A stretch of 64,000 nt of DNA from Candidatus Poribacteria bacterium (GCA_963665845.2 OY762492.1:3392001-3456000), one strand, 5' to 3'; counted from the stretch's first letter, positions 40,360 to 51,048 are shown. Made by a program: numbers and translations. The notes: a model not told the origin generated them from the letters alone.

Positions 40360-41014
40360 ACAGGTCGACGCCCCTGACGCGGAGGAGACGCCGTCCATCG
40401 CGGTCGAAAACGATTCCGCCGGCGCGGAGCAGGAGAGCGCGGAAGTTGATCTGGAGCGTTCCAAACGCATTATTGAGGCGGTTCTGTTTGCGGCGGGGAA
40501 ACCTTTGCGCGCGCGGCAGATTGCGGACGCGGTGGAGAGCGTGGACGCGCGCGCTGTCCGCCGCCTGTTGAAACAGCTCGCGTTTGAATATGATGAAGCG
40601 GAGCGCGGGTTCCAGATTATTGAGGTGCAGAACGGCTTTCAGCTGACCGCGCGGGAGGCGTACGCGCCGTGGGTGCGCCGCCTCTTCACAAAGGAGGTGT
40701 CGGCGAAGTTGACGCCGGCGGCGCTGGAGGCGCTTGCCATCGTCGCCTACCGGCAGCCGGTCACGCGGGCGGATGTGGACGAGATTCGCGGCGTCAACAG
40801 CGGCAGCGTCATGAGTTCGCTCATTGAGCGCAATCTCATCAACATAACAGGGCGAAAAGACGCGCCTGGACGTCCGTTTTTACATGGCACCACCGACCGC
40901 TTTCTAGAGCATTTCGGTTTAAAAAATCTGAACGATCTGCCGACGCTGGAGGAGATTGGGGAGATGTTCAACCCGTTGGCAGAAGACGATGCGGTTGCCG
41001 ATGCGTCTAGATAA
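40325..41014 (+). CDS. scpB: SMC-Scp complex subunit ScpB
   Basis: IEAVLFA, ALEALAIVAYRQPVTR, IRGVNS and GRP..GTT..FLEHFGL..L.DLP. Confidence 0.96.
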   Translation: MMTSDSPIVSIEQVDAPDAEETPSIAVENDSAGAEQESAEVDLERSKRIIEAVLFAAGKPLRARQIADAVESVDARAVRRLLKQLAFEYDEAERGFQIIEVQNGFQLTAREAYAPWVRRLFTKEVSAKLTPAALEALAIVAYRQPVTRADVDEIRGVNSGSVMSSLIERNLINITGRKDAPGRPFLHGTTDRFLEHFGLKNLNDLPTLEEIGEMFNPLAEDDAVADASR

Positions 41015-41720
41015 GTATCTCGCCGCCGCAGGCTCCGCCTCCCGCCGAAAAGCGAAGGCGCTGATTGCCGACGGGCGCGTCGCAGTCAACGGCGTGACGG
41101 TTCTGGAACCGGGCGCGCGCGTGAACGAAAAGACGGACCGCGTCGCCGTCGACAACCGCCCTATCGACTCGATGCCGCCGCCTGTCTGCCTCATGCTCCA
41201 TAAGCCGCGCGGCTATCTCACTACGGCGCGCGATCCGCAGGGGCGGCTGACCGTGTACGACCTGCTGACCGATCTGAAGGAGCGGGTCGCTTACGCGGGC
41301 AGGCTGGACATGGACGCAAGCGGGCTTCTGATCATGACAAACGACGGCGAGCTGACCTTCCGTCTGACGCATCCGCGCTTCGGCGTTCAAAAAATCTACG
41401 AGGCGGAGACCGCCGCCCAGGCGTCCGACGCGCAGCTGCGCCGTCTCACAGAGGGCGTTCTCCTGGAGGATGGACCCGCCAAAGCGGACAGCGCGGAATG
41501 GATCCAACGGCGGCGCGGGAAAAGCGTCTTTCGCCTCGCGCTCCATGACGGGCGCAAGCGTCAAGTGAAACGCATGTGCAGGGCGGTCAAGATGCCGGTT
41601 AAACGGCTGGCGCGCGTCGCCTATGGACCGCTGCGCCTCGGCGGGCTGCCTGTCGGGAAGTATCGGCGGCTGACCGGCGACGAAGAACGGAGGCTGCGCG
41701 AATGCGTCCAGTTGACCTAA
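41001..41720 (+). CDS. RsuA/RluB-family rRNA pseudouridine synthase
   Basis: S4 domain RLDKYLA..G..SRR, HKPRG, GRLDMDASGLL and GRKRQVKRM. Confidence 0.93.
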   Translation: MRLDKYLAAAGSASRRKAKALIADGRVAVNGVTVLEPGARVNEKTDRVAVDNRPIDSMPPPVCLMLHKPRGYLTTARDPQGRLTVYDLLTDLKERVAYAGRLDMDASGLLIMTNDGELTFRLTHPRFGVQKIYEAETAAQASDAQLRRLTEGVLLEDGPAKADSAEWIQRRRGKSVFRLALHDGRKRQVKRMCRAVKMPVKRLARVAYGPLRLGGLPVGKYRRLTGDEERRLRECVQLT

Positions 41721-42394
41721 GCCGAATAGACGCGGTTCTGTTTGACCTGGACGGGCTGCTGGTCGACACGGAGCCGATACAGATGGCGGCGTTTCAGGCG
41801 GCGGCGCGGCGTTTCGGCGCGGACGCGGAGACGGTAGAGCGCGAGATGACCGACGCGCTGCATGCGCAGTTTGTCGGCAAATCGGACGCCTTGAACGCCG
41901 AGCGGTTGATCAAAATGCTCCGCCTGAACGCCGCGCCTGACCGATTCGTCCGCGAGCGCGGCGATATTTATGTGGAGCTGTTGAAACGCGGCGCGCCGCT
42001 CATGCCGGGCGCGCGGGAGGCGATCCGATGGGCGCAGGGGCGCGGGATGAAATTGGCGGTCGGCTCCAGTTCGGTCCGCCGTTTTGTGGAGGCGTCGCTC
42101 AACGGCGCGCTGCCGGACTGGCGCGTTGTTTTCGGCGCCGTTGTGTGCGGCGACGACGCGCCTATTCAGGCGCGCAAACCGGCGCCGGACATCTATCTGC
42201 GCTGCGCCGAGCTGCTGGAGGTTTCGCCCGCCCGGTGCGCCGTCTTGGAAGATTCGGAGTCGGGGGTGGAAAGCGCCGCGCGGGGCGGAATCGGGTTCAT
42301 CGGCGCCGTTCCGAACGCCTTCACCCAGAACCATGATTTCACAAAAGCGCGCCGCATCATGAAATCTCTGGCGGAATTGGGTATCATGGGCTGA
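41702..42394 (+). CDS. HAD-superfamily phosphatase (beta-PGM/CbbY-like)
   Basis: FDLDGLLVDTE, KPAPDIY and EDS..G motifs. Confidence 0.92.
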   Translation: MRPVDLSRIDAVLFDLDGLLVDTEPIQMAAFQAAARRFGADAETVEREMTDALHAQFVGKSDALNAERLIKMLRLNAAPDRFVRERGDIYVELLKRGAPLMPGAREAIRWAQGRGMKLAVGSSSVRRFVEASLNGALPDWRVVFGAVVCGDDAPIQARKPAPDIYLRCAELLEVSPARCAVLEDSESGVESAARGGIGFIGAVPNAFTQNHDFTKARRIMKSLAELGIMG

Positions 42395-42426
42395 ACTCTC
42401 GGCAAAGCCGAAAGGAAGGAGAGAGC

Positions 42427-43821
42427 GTGCCAATCACGCGGCGGGATTTTTTACAGACGATGGCTGCTGGCGCCGCGTCGGCCGCCGCCCTCTCATGCGC
42501 CACTCGGAGAACCGATATGCAAGACGACTCAACAACGAAAAAGCCGAACATCATCTTCATACTTGCGGACGACCTCGGATACGGCGACCTCGGCTGCTAC
42601 GGGCAGACGCGAATCAAAACGCCGCGCCTTGACCAGTTTGCCGCTGAAGGCATGCGTTTCACCGACGCCTACGCCGGAAGCACCGTCTGCGCGCCCTCGC
42701 GCTGCTGCCTCATGACAGGCATGCATACGGGTCATGCGTGGGTGAGAGGCAACGCGCGCATCCCGCTTCGACCCGAAGATCAGACCGCCGCCGAGACGCT
42801 CAAAGAGCAAGGTTACCGAACCGCCATCGTCGGCAAATGGGGGCTGGGCGAACCGGACACAACAGGCATTCCGAACCGCCAAGGGTTCGACTACTGGTTC
42901 GGCTACCTAAACCAGCGGCATGCGCACGACTACTACCCCGACTATCTCTGGCGGAACGAGGAGCGCGTGACGCTGGAAGGCAACCTTGAAAAGCCTGGGA
43001 CGCAGTACACGCATGACATGTTCACCGAGGAGGCGCTGCAGTTTGTTGAAGAAAGCGCGGACGACCCGTTCTTTCTCTACCTCGCCTACACGATTCCGCA
43101 TGCGAACAATGAGCTGGGGCGGGAGACCGGCAACGGCATGGAGGTTCCGTCCGACGAGCCGTACACGGATGAGGATTGGCCTCAGGTTGAAAAAGACACT
43201 GCCGCCATGATCACGCGCATGGACAGAGATGTCGGGCGTCTCATCGACAAGCTCCAGGAGCTGGGCATTGACGAAAACACATGCGTCATCTTCACCAGCG
43301 ACAACGGACCGCACTCTGAAGGCGGGCATCGTTCCGATTACTTTGAAAGTTCAGGTCCTTTGCGCGGGATGAAGCGCGATCTGTACGAAGGCGGCATACG
43401 GGTTCCGACGTTGGCGCGTTGGCCGGGCGTTGTCGCGCCTGGGTCGGTCAGCGCGGTTCCGTGGGCGTTTTGGGATTTCCCCGCCACTGCCGCCGAGATC
43501 GCGGGAACGGCGTTCAACCCAGACGCGGACGGCGTCTCCATTCTGCCGGCGCTGAAAGGCGCGGAGTCGCTGGATCGAGAGTATCTGTACTGGGAATTTT
43601 ATGAGCGCGGATTCTCCCAAGCCGTCCGAATGGGAAAATGGAAAGCGGTCAAGCAGAAAAAAGGCGGCGAACGCAACATGGAGCTGTACGACCTGGACAG
43701 CGACATCGGCGAGGCGAACGACATCGCCGCCGACCATCCCGACATCGCGGCGCGCATGCAGAACATCATGACCGAATCGCGCTTTGACAACGAAAACTAC
43801 AAAGCGCCTGAAGACGCATGA
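42427..43821 (+). CDS. Arylsulfatase-like sulfatase with a Tat-type (possibly lipoprotein) signal
   Basis: ITRRDFL...LSC leader, PNIIFILADDLGYGD, CAPSR, GKW, SDNG and YEGGIRVP. Confidence 0.94.
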   Translation: MPITRRDFLQTMAAGAASAAALSCATRRTDMQDDSTTKKPNIIFILADDLGYGDLGCYGQTRIKTPRLDQFAAEGMRFTDAYAGSTVCAPSRCCLMTGMHTGHAWVRGNARIPLRPEDQTAAETLKEQGYRTAIVGKWGLGEPDTTGIPNRQGFDYWFGYLNQRHAHDYYPDYLWRNEERVTLEGNLEKPGTQYTHDMFTEEALQFVEESADDPFFLYLAYTIPHANNELGRETGNGMEVPSDEPYTDEDWPQVEKDTAAMITRMDRDVGRLIDKLQELGIDENTCVIFTSDNGPHSEGGHRSDYFESSGPLRGMKRDLYEGGIRVPTLARWPGVVAPGSVSAVPWAFWDFPATAAEIAGTAFNPDADGVSILPALKGAESLDREYLYWEFYERGFSQAVRMGKWKAVKQKKGGERNMELYDLDSDIGEANDIAADHPDIAARMQNIMTESRFDNENYKAPEDA

Positions 43822-45041
43822 AAAGCCAACTCGCATTGCATGGCGGCAAGCCTGTCCGAACGGCGGGATGGCCTCAATGGCCGCAGAACAGCCCAGAGCT
43901 ATGGGAGTCGAAGATCGAACCGGCGCTTCGGCAGGTGTATTTGAGCAGGTCGGAAGGTTTGCCGGGGACGCAGGCGAAGCGTTTTGGGCAGGCGTTCGCG
44001 GACTACTGCGGCGCGGCATACGGCGTTATGACCCCGCACGGCACCGACGCGCTCATGGCGGCGCTAACCGGCGCGCTGAACCTGGACGGGTTCGACAGCG
44101 GCGGCGAGATTATCTTGCCCAACTACACCTTCATCGCCACCGCCAGCGCGGCGCTGGATAGGCGTCTCTCGCTCTGTTTTGTGGATGTTGATCCAGATAC
44201 GTTCGCGCTTTGTCCAGAGGCGGCGGAGGCTGCCATCAACCCTGAACGGACGCGCGCCCTCCTGCCGGTTCACCTTGGCGGCCATCCCGCCGATATGGAC
44301 GCCATCAACCAGCTCGCTCAACGGCATGGGCTGAAGGTCGTTGAAGATTGCGCCCAGGCGCACGGCGCTGAAGTGAGCGGGCAAAAGGTCGGCTCGCTGG
44401 GAGACGCGGGCGCCTTCAGCTTTCAATCCTCCAAAAACTTGACCGCCGGCGAAGGCGGCATGGTCGTAACGAACGACGAAGCGATACGCAACCGCGTCGT
44501 CGCCTTTAAAGATGTCGGCAGGCATCCTGAAGGCGGGCGGTGGGAATATCCGCGCATCGGATGGAACTACCGCCCGTCCGAATACCTTGCCGCGCTGTTG
44601 AGCGTGCGGCTGGAGACGCTGGAGGCGGAGACGCGGCTTCGCAACGAGAACGCCGCCTATTTGACCCGTCAGCTGAACGATGCCGGCGGGTTGACGCCGC
44701 CTCATCTTGCGCCGTATGCGTCGGTTCACGGGTTCCATTTATATATGTGTCAATACGACGCGGACGCTTTCGGCGGACATAGCCGGGCGGAATTTTGCGC
44801 GGCTCTGCGGGCGGAGGGGGTTCCATGTTCGCCGGGATATACGGAGCCGCTGTCCGAATCGCCCGCGTTGAAACGTCTGCGGGAGCGCAGCCCCAATCTG
44901 ATACGGGTGGAGCCTTGCCCGAATGTTGAAAAAGCGGCGGCGGGAAGCGTCTGGCTGATGCAAAACATGCTTCTCGGCGAACGGAGCGATATGGACGACA
45001 TCGCCGAGGCGGTTGCAAAGATACGCAAAGCATACGCATAA
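43818..45041 (+). CDS. DegT/DnrJ/EryC1/StrS PLP-dependent aminotransferase
   Basis: YTFIATA, PVHLGG, EDCAQAHG and FSFQSSKNLTAGEGG. Confidence 0.94.
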   Translation: MKSQLALHGGKPVRTAGWPQWPQNSPELWESKIEPALRQVYLSRSEGLPGTQAKRFGQAFADYCGAAYGVMTPHGTDALMAALTGALNLDGFDSGGEIILPNYTFIATASAALDRRLSLCFVDVDPDTFALCPEAAEAAINPERTRALLPVHLGGHPADMDAINQLAQRHGLKVVEDCAQAHGAEVSGQKVGSLGDAGAFSFQSSKNLTAGEGGMVVTNDEAIRNRVVAFKDVGRHPEGGRWEYPRIGWNYRPSEYLAALLSVRLETLEAETRLRNENAAYLTRQLNDAGGLTPPHLAPYASVHGFHLYMCQYDADAFGGHSRAEFCAALRAEGVPCSPGYTEPLSESPALKRLRERSPNLIRVEPCPNVEKAAAGSVWLMQNMLLGERSDMDDIAEAVAKIRKAYA

Positions 45042-45072
45042 GCGGTAAACGATTTAAATAAGGAGAGACGCA

Positions 45073-48000
45073 ATGAAACGATTCATCATAGCAGGGGCGG
45101 TCTTCGCATGGGTCTGTTTAGAGGCATGGGGCGCGGCGCTCCAGATAGACGGGACGGCGCTGCTGCGCAGTCAGCATAGGGACCTGATACCGGCGGCGGA
45201 TTCGGCGCCTCAAGACGCGCCTGTCCGTCAGGTCGGCTCTCAATTGTTGTTTTACGCCTACGATTTTCCGCAGGCGCTCCACTACCAGGTACCGTCAACG
45301 CTGCGCGCCGTCGGCGACCACTGCTATGTGTATGTGGAGGACAGCGAGTGGGACGAGGGGCGCGTGTCGCAGGCGGACGCGGACGCCGCGTTGAGCGCGT
45401 TTGAAAAGCGAACCCCCTCCGACGCGGCGCGCGGCGCGTATCAGATACTCACCGAGGCGTTCGGCTCCCCGCCGGACATTGACGGCGAGCCGCGCATCGT
45501 CTTGCTGCTGCTGGATATACGGGACTGGCATACCGGCCCGGGCAGCGGCTATATTTCAGGTTACTTTTCCTCGCTCAACCAGACGCGGCAGCCGGACAGC
45601 AACGAAACGGAGATGCTGTATATCGACGCAAATCCGCAGGATCTAAGCGATCCCGAATCGTTCGCCAACGCGGCGCATGAATTTCAGCACCTGCTGCATA
45701 CCGCAAGGGACTGGGACGAGGAGCATTGGCTCAACGAAGGCATGTCGGGGCTGGCGGAGGCGCTGTGCGGGTACGACATCTCTTTGCATATCAACGCTTT
45801 TCAGAACGACCCGTCCGGCTCCTTGACCAGCTGGCCGGAGAACGCGGCGCGGCTGGCGGACTACGGGCGGGCGTATCTCTGGACGCTGTATCTGTACGAG
45901 CGTTACGGCGGCATTGCGACGATACAGGAGATTGTGCGCAACCCGAAGAACGGGATGCCGACCGTGGACGCGGCGCTGCGCAATTTGGGCGTTCAGGCAA
46001 CCGCTTCCAACGTGTATCTGGACTGGATCGCGGCGCTGGCGGCGGACGACAGCCGCCATGAAGACGGGCGGTATTCGATACAGATTGCCGATATAAAAGC
46101 GTCGCCGACCCGCGCGCATTTTCAGTACCCGACCGATGAAACGAGCGGCGTACTGCAGGGATGGGAGGCGCAGCACCTTGAGTTTCATCCGCCGGCGGAC
46201 GGGGCGGGCAGCTTGCTCATCGAAATCGACGCGCCGATGGATCTGAAGGCGCGCGCGCTGCTGTTTGACGGCGGGCGCCTGGCTGATGTGCGGAATATCG
46301 ACATGATCAACGGCTTTGGAGAGGCGTACGACCGCGTCGTCGTCGCTCTCGGTTACCATCCGCAGTCTGAACAGGAGTCGGAGACGGTCTCATACGCTTA
46401 TTCGGCGCGCGTCTCAGTAACGGACGAGGATCGCCCGACCGTCACGATCACAGGTCCGACAGCGGTGCAGCGCGGCGCGTTTCAGATCGATATTGCGTTC
46501 AACGAGGATGTGGTCGGTTTTGAACGGAGCGATCTGGCCGTTGTGAACGGTACCGCGGTCGGCTTTTCAGGCGCGCGCGATACGTACCGCGCATCGATCG
46601 ACCCGATCGGCTCCGGAGAGGTTCAGGTGAGCGTCCCTGAAAACGCCGCGCATGATCTTGCCGGAAACGGAAACACAGCCTCCAACGTTTTTTCGGTTGA
46701 GGCGCGTAAAGTCGCTCAACTGCTGATCGTCGCGGGCGTCCTCCAAAACAGCGACGGAACGCCGGCGCCAGGGCTAAAGGTCTCCTTTCAAAACGTTACG
46801 ACGCAGGCTGACGCGGTTTTTGCGCCGGATCCAACCGACGCGCAGGGGCGTTATTCGCTCACGTTGTTCCATCTGAACGGAGTCGTCGAATCGGGTCAAA
46901 CCATCGCCGCCCGCGCCTATGCAGATGTGAACGGAACGCAAACCCTAGTCGGAGAGGTTGAGCGCGTCATAACGGACGCGGATATTGACGCGGCGTCTAT
47001 TCAAGTGAACATACAGGTCAACATTCCGAAGCCGCGCCTTCCCGCCTTTGTATTGAGCGGAGTTGCCGCCGACATGGACGGATCGCCCGCAGAGGGCGTC
47101 ACGGTCGAAGGCGTAAACTCAACGACCGTATCAGACGCATTCACCGCGGGCCCGACAGACGCGTCAGGCGCCTATACGCTCACCTTTTTTGATCCGAACG
47201 GCATTGTCGGCGCCGGCGAAACGTTAACCGTACGCGCCTATGCGGATGTGAACGGGACGAAAACGCTGGTCGGCGAAGCGTCCCATGTCATAACGGAAGA
47301 GGAGATCGACGCGGCGGCTGCCCAGCTGAACATACAGGTCGACATCCCGGCGCCGCGCCCCCCCGCCTTTGTGTTGAGCGGAGTCGTCTCGGATATGGAC
47401 GGCTCGCCCGCGGAGGGCGTCACAATAGAAGGCGAAAACGCATCCACCAAATCGGACGTCTTCGCCGCCAATCCAACAGACGCGGCAGGCGCCTATACGC
47501 TGACATTTTCTGATGAAAACGGCGTTGTCGGCGCCGGCGAAACGTTAACCGTCCGCGCCTACGCGGATGTGAACGGGACGAAAACGCTGGTCGGCGAGGC
47601 GTCCCATGTCGTCACGGAGGAGGAGATCGACGCGGCCGCGGCGCAATTAAACATACAGGTTGACATCCCGGCGCCGCGCCCTCCTTCGTTTGTGTTGAGC
47701 GGCGTTGTGTCGGACATGGACGAATCGCCGGCGGAGGGCGTCATGATGGAAGGCGAAAACGCATCGACCAAATCGGACGTCTTCGCCGCCAGTCCGACAG
47801 ACGCATCGGGCGCCTATACGCTGACCTTATCTGATGAGAACGGCGTTGTCGGCGCCGGCGAAACGTTAACCGTCCGCGCCTATGCGGATGTGAACGGAAC
47901 GAAAACGCTGGTCGGCGAAGCGTCCCATGTCATAACGGAAGAGGAGATCGACGCGGCGGCTGCCCAGCTGAACATACAGGTCGACATCCCGGCGCCGCGC

Positions 48001-50760
48001 CCCCCCGCCTTTGTGTTGAGCGGAGTCGTCTCGAATATGGACGAATCGCCCGCGGAGGGCGTCACGATAGAAGGCGAAAACGCCACGACCAAATCGGATA
48101 CCTTCGCCGCCAATCCGACAGACGCGGCAGGCGCCTATACGCTCACCTTATCGGATGAAAACGGCGTTGTCGGCGCCGGCGAAACGTTAACCGTACGCGC
48201 CTATGCGGATGTGAACGGAACGAAAACGCTGGTCGGCGAAGCGTCCCATGTCATAACGGAAGAGGAGATCGACGCGGCGGCTGCCCAGCTGAACATACAG
48301 GTCGACATCCCAGCGCCACGCCCCCCCGCCTTTGTGTTGAGCGGAATCGTCTCGAATATGGACGAATCGCCCGCGGAGGGCGTCACGGTGGAGGGCATAA
48401 ACGAAACGACCAATTCAGTCACCTTTACTGCAGCCAATCCGACAGACGCATCGGGCAATTATGCGTTGACCTTATCGGATGAAAACGGCGTTGTCGGAGC
48501 CGGCGAAACGTTAGCCGTGCGCGCCTATGCGGATGTGAACGGGACGAAAACGCTGGTCGGCGAAGCGTCCCATGTCGTCACAGAAGAGGAGATCGACGCC
48601 GCGGCTGCAGAACTAAACATACAGGTTGACATTCCAGCGCCGCGCCCTCCCTCGTTTGTGTTGAGCGGCGTTGTGTCGGACATGGACGGATCGCCCGCGG
48701 CGGGCGTCACGGTCGAAGGCGAAAATGAAACGACCAAATCGGACACTTTCGCCGCTAATCCGACAGACGCGGCAGGCGCCTATACGCTCACCCTATCTGA
48801 TGAAAACGGCGTTGTCGGCGCCGGCGAAACGCTCGCTGTACGCGCCTATGCGGATGTGAACGGAACAAAAACGCTGGTCGGCGAAGCGTCGCATGTTGTC
48901 ACGGAAGAGGAGATCGACGCGGCGGCTGCGCAGCTGAACATACAGGTTGATATACCGAAGCCGCCCGCGGACTTTGCATTGAGCGGCGCCGCGTTCACGT
49001 TGGACGGAATTCCCGCGCCGGGCTTTCATATCACAGCGCAAAACGCGACCGCTCAAACGGAGGAGTTTGAAGCGGACGCCCCGACCGACGCGGCGGGAAT
49101 GTATGCCGCCGCGTTGACCGGGACGGCTGTTGAGGCGGGCGACGCCCTGATTGTCCGCGCGTATGAGATCGTTGACGGGGAGCGGACGCTTGCCGCCGAG
49201 CGGACGCATACCGCAACGCAGGCGGAGGCGGAAACGTCCAAGGCGTCGGTCGACCTGACGATCCAGCGGCTGGCGCATGGCGGCGCCGTGTTATCGACCG
49301 CCTTTTCGCCGGACGGGCGCCTGTTTGCGACCGGCGGAGCCGACCGGACGCCCCGAATCTGGCAGGTTCAACCGCGCCGTCTGCTGCTGTCGCTGACGGG
49401 TCATACGGGAAGCGCCGCCGCGGTCGCCTTTTCGCCGGACGGGCAGACGCTTGTCAGCGGATCGTACGACGGCTCCGCGCGGATATGGGATGTCCAAACA
49501 GGCGCGCTTGTCAGAGAGCTGCAGGGGCATACGGATCGGGTGTACGCCGCCGCCTTCTCGCCGGACGGTCAAACGCTCGCGACCGGCTCCGCCGACCGTA
49601 CCATCAAGCTGTGGCGCGCGTCAGACGGAAAACTGATGAAAACGATGACCGCCCATGCCGGCGCCGTCTTGGCGGTCGCCTTCTCGCCGGACGGACAGAC
49701 GATCGCGTCCGGCAGCGCCGACCGTACGCTCAAAGTATGGAGCGGCGGCGGACAGCTGATCTACTCTCAAAAGAGGCATGGGCGCGCTGTACGCTCCGCC
49801 GCCTTTTCGCCGGACGGACAGACGATCGCGACCGGCAGCAGCGATGAAACGATTCGCTTCTGGAACGCCGCGGACGGGCGGCATCTTTTGACCGTCGGAG
49901 GCGGCGGAACGGGGCTTGTCCATTCGGTCGCCTTTTCGCCGGACGGACAGACGCTCGCCAGCGCGCATCATGACGGCAGCGTCTGGCTCTGGGCGGCGGG
50001 GAACGGACGGCGCAAGCGCCTCTTGGAGGGGCATACGGGAACCGTCTACACGCTCGCCTTTTCGCCGGACGGGCAGACGCTGTTGAGCGGATCGCGCGAC
50101 CGAACCTTCCGCTTCTGGCATACGCCGCCGCCACGCGTTGATGTGAACGGCGACGGCGCCGTCGACTTTGCGGACCTGGCGCTCGCCGCCGCGCAATACG
50201 GGCAGACGGAGAACATCACAGCCGATGTGAACGGCGACGGCGTCGTCGACATTCTGGACATCCTGCTCATTGCGGACGCGATCGATCAAGCGGCGGGATG
50301 GCTTGCCGCGCCGCCTGCGCATGCGTCCGCCGCGTTTTCGTCGGCGTATGAAGGCGAGGCGGCGCGCTGGTTTGCGGACGCGGAGCGGCTTGTTGTGAAA
50401 GGGTCGGCGACGCGGCGCGGAGAGGCGGCGCTGCGCAGTTTATGGGCGCATGCGGTCTCGCTGCCGGCGCGTTCATCGCTTCTGCCGAATTATCCGAACC
50501 CGTTCAACCCTGAAACCTGGATTCCGTTTGAGCTGTCGGAGGCATCCCATGTGCGCTTGACGATCTACAGCGCGGACGGGGCGGTCGCGCGGGAGATGGA
50601 TCTGGGAGAGCTGCCTGCAGGCGCATACCGCAGCAAGGCAAAAGCCGCCTACTGGGACGGGCGCAACAACCTCGGAGAACGCGCCGCCAGCGGAACCTAT
50701 TTTGTCCGCATTGAGGCGGGCGGATACACGGCTCTGCGGCGCATGGTTTTGTTGAAATGA
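45073..50760 (+). CDS. Giant secreted modular protein: HExxH Zn-peptidase, Ig-like domain, ~107-aa tandem repeats, WD40 propeller, dockerin-like repeat and T9SS/FlgD-like C-terminal domain
   Basis: AHEFQH..WLNEGMS, PTVTI..FNEDVVGF..DLAGN, repeats, WD40 blades, two DVNGDG motifs and LPNYPNPFNPETWIPFELS..YWDGRN. Confidence 0.9.
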   Translation: MKRFIIAGAVFAWVCLEAWGAALQIDGTALLRSQHRDLIPAADSAPQDAPVRQVGSQLLFYAYDFPQALHYQVPSTLRAVGDHCYVYVEDSEWDEGRVSQADADAALSAFEKRTPSDAARGAYQILTEAFGSPPDIDGEPRIVLLLLDIRDWHTGPGSGYISGYFSSLNQTRQPDSNETEMLYIDANPQDLSDPESFANAAHEFQHLLHTARDWDEEHWLNEGMSGLAEALCGYDISLHINAFQNDPSGSLTSWPENAARLADYGRAYLWTLYLYERYGGIATIQEIVRNPKNGMPTVDAALRNLGVQATASNVYLDWIAALAADDSRHEDGRYSIQIADIKASPTRAHFQYPTDETSGVLQGWEAQHLEFHPPADGAGSLLIEIDAPMDLKARALLFDGGRLADVRNIDMINGFGEAYDRVVVALGYHPQSEQESETVSYAYSARVSVTDEDRPTVTITGPTAVQRGAFQIDIAFNEDVVGFERSDLAVVNGTAVGFSGARDTYRASIDPIGSGEVQVSVPENAAHDLAGNGNTASNVFSVEARKVAQLLIVAGVLQNSDGTPAPGLKVSFQNVTTQADAVFAPDPTDAQGRYSLTLFHLNGVVESGQTIAARAYADVNGTQTLVGEVERVITDADIDAASIQVNIQVNIPKPRLPAFVLSGVAADMDGSPAEGVTVEGVNSTTVSDAFTAGPTDASGAYTLTFFDPNGIVGAGETLTVRAYADVNGTKTLVGEASHVITEEEIDAAAAQLNIQVDIPAPRPPAFVLSGVVSDMDGSPAEGVTIEGENASTKSDVFAANPTDAAGAYTLTFSDENGVVGAGETLTVRAYADVNGTKTLVGEASHVVTEEEIDAAAAQLNIQVDIPAPRPPSFVLSGVVSDMDESPAEGVMMEGENASTKSDVFAASPTDASGAYTLTLSDENGVVGAGETLTVRAYADVNGTKTLVGEASHVITEEEIDAAAAQLNIQVDIPAPRPPAFVLSGVVSNMDESPAEGVTIEGENATTKSDTFAANPTDAAGAYTLTLSDENGVVGAGETLTVRAYADVNGTKTLVGEASHVITEEEIDAAAAQLNIQVDIPAPRPPAFVLSGIVSNMDESPAEGVTVEGINETTNSVTFTAANPTDASGNYALTLSDENGVVGAGETLAVRAYADVNGTKTLVGEASHVVTEEEIDAAAAELNIQVDIPAPRPPSFVLSGVVSDMDGSPAAGVTVEGENETTKSDTFAANPTDAAGAYTLTLSDENGVVGAGETLAVRAYADVNGTKTLVGEASHVVTEEEIDAAAAQLNIQVDIPKPPADFALSGAAFTLDGIPAPGFHITAQNATAQTEEFEADAPTDAAGMYAAALTGTAVEAGDALIVRAYEIVDGERTLAAERTHTATQAEAETSKASVDLTIQRLAHGGAVLSTAFSPDGRLFATGGADRTPRIWQVQPRRLLLSLTGHTGSAAAVAFSPDGQTLVSGSYDGSARIWDVQTGALVRELQGHTDRVYAAAFSPDGQTLATGSADRTIKLWRASDGKLMKTMTAHAGAVLAVAFSPDGQTIASGSADRTLKVWSGGGQLIYSQKRHGRAVRSAAFSPDGQTIATGSSDETIRFWNAADGRHLLTVGGGGTGLVHSVAFSPDGQTLASAHHDGSVWLWAAGNGRRKRLLEGHTGTVYTLAFSPDGQTLLSGSRDRTFRFWHTPPPRVDVNGDGAVDFADLALAAAQYGQTENITADVNGDGVVDILDILLIADAIDQAAGWLAAPPAHASAAFSSAYEGEAARWFADAERLVVKGSATRRGEAALRSLWAHAVSLPARSSLLPNYPNPFNPETWIPFELSEASHVRLTIYSADGAVAREMDLGELPAGAYRSKAKAAYWDGRNNLGERAASGTYFVRIEAGGYTALRRMVLLK
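47032..48960 (+). repeat. Six intragenic tandem repeats of 321-324 bp, with a diverged copy on each side
   Basis: Units start near 47032, 47353, 47674, 47995, 48316 and 48640; each encodes VRAYADVNGTKTLVGEASHV. Confidence 0.92.
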
Positions 50761-50803
50761 GAGAAATTTGAGTTGGCATGTGGAAAAGCTGCTGTCCCCC
50801 GCT

Positions 50804-50982
50804 GTCATTCCCGCGTAAGCGGGAATCCAGAGGCGCCGCAGAAACCGTCCGCGTTCATCCAGGATCGTCATTCCCGCGTAAGCGGGAATCCAGAGGCGCG
50901 GCAGAGACCGTCCGCGTTCATCCAGGATCGTCATTCCCGCGTAAGCGGGAATCCAGAGGCGTCGCAGACGGCGTCCGCGTTC
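50804..50982. repeat. Three tandem 63-bp units, each containing a dRS3-like palindrome
   Basis: GTCATTCCCGCGTAAGCGGGAATCCAGAGGC at 50804, 50867 and 50930. Confidence 0.92.
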
Positions 50983-50992
50983 GCATTTAAGG

Positions 50993-51021
50993 TTGACGTT
51001 CGCTGTCGGGCATGCTAAATT
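50993..51021 (+). promoter_or_regulatory. Sigma70-type promoter upstream of the FRG-TPR gene
   Basis: TTGACG-N17-TAAATT with a TGn extension. Confidence 0.55.
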
Positions 51022-51048
51022 CTCTAGCGTATTGATTGGAGCGGCGAT

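Noticed and set aside
38860-40470. 536-aa minus-strand ORF (likewise 57206..58390 and 36391..37239)
   Set aside because: Antisense to well-supported genes (scpA, proA, trpS).
50804-50982. Possible CRISPR array (palindromic repeat with 63-bp period)
   Set aside because: The inter-repeat segments are nearly identical rather than unique spacers, the same palindrome is dispersed through the window, and no cas genes are present.
50773-51018. Small ORFs with SFPRKRES / RHSRVSGNP repeats
   Set aside because: These are translations of the palindromic DNA repeat, not proteins.
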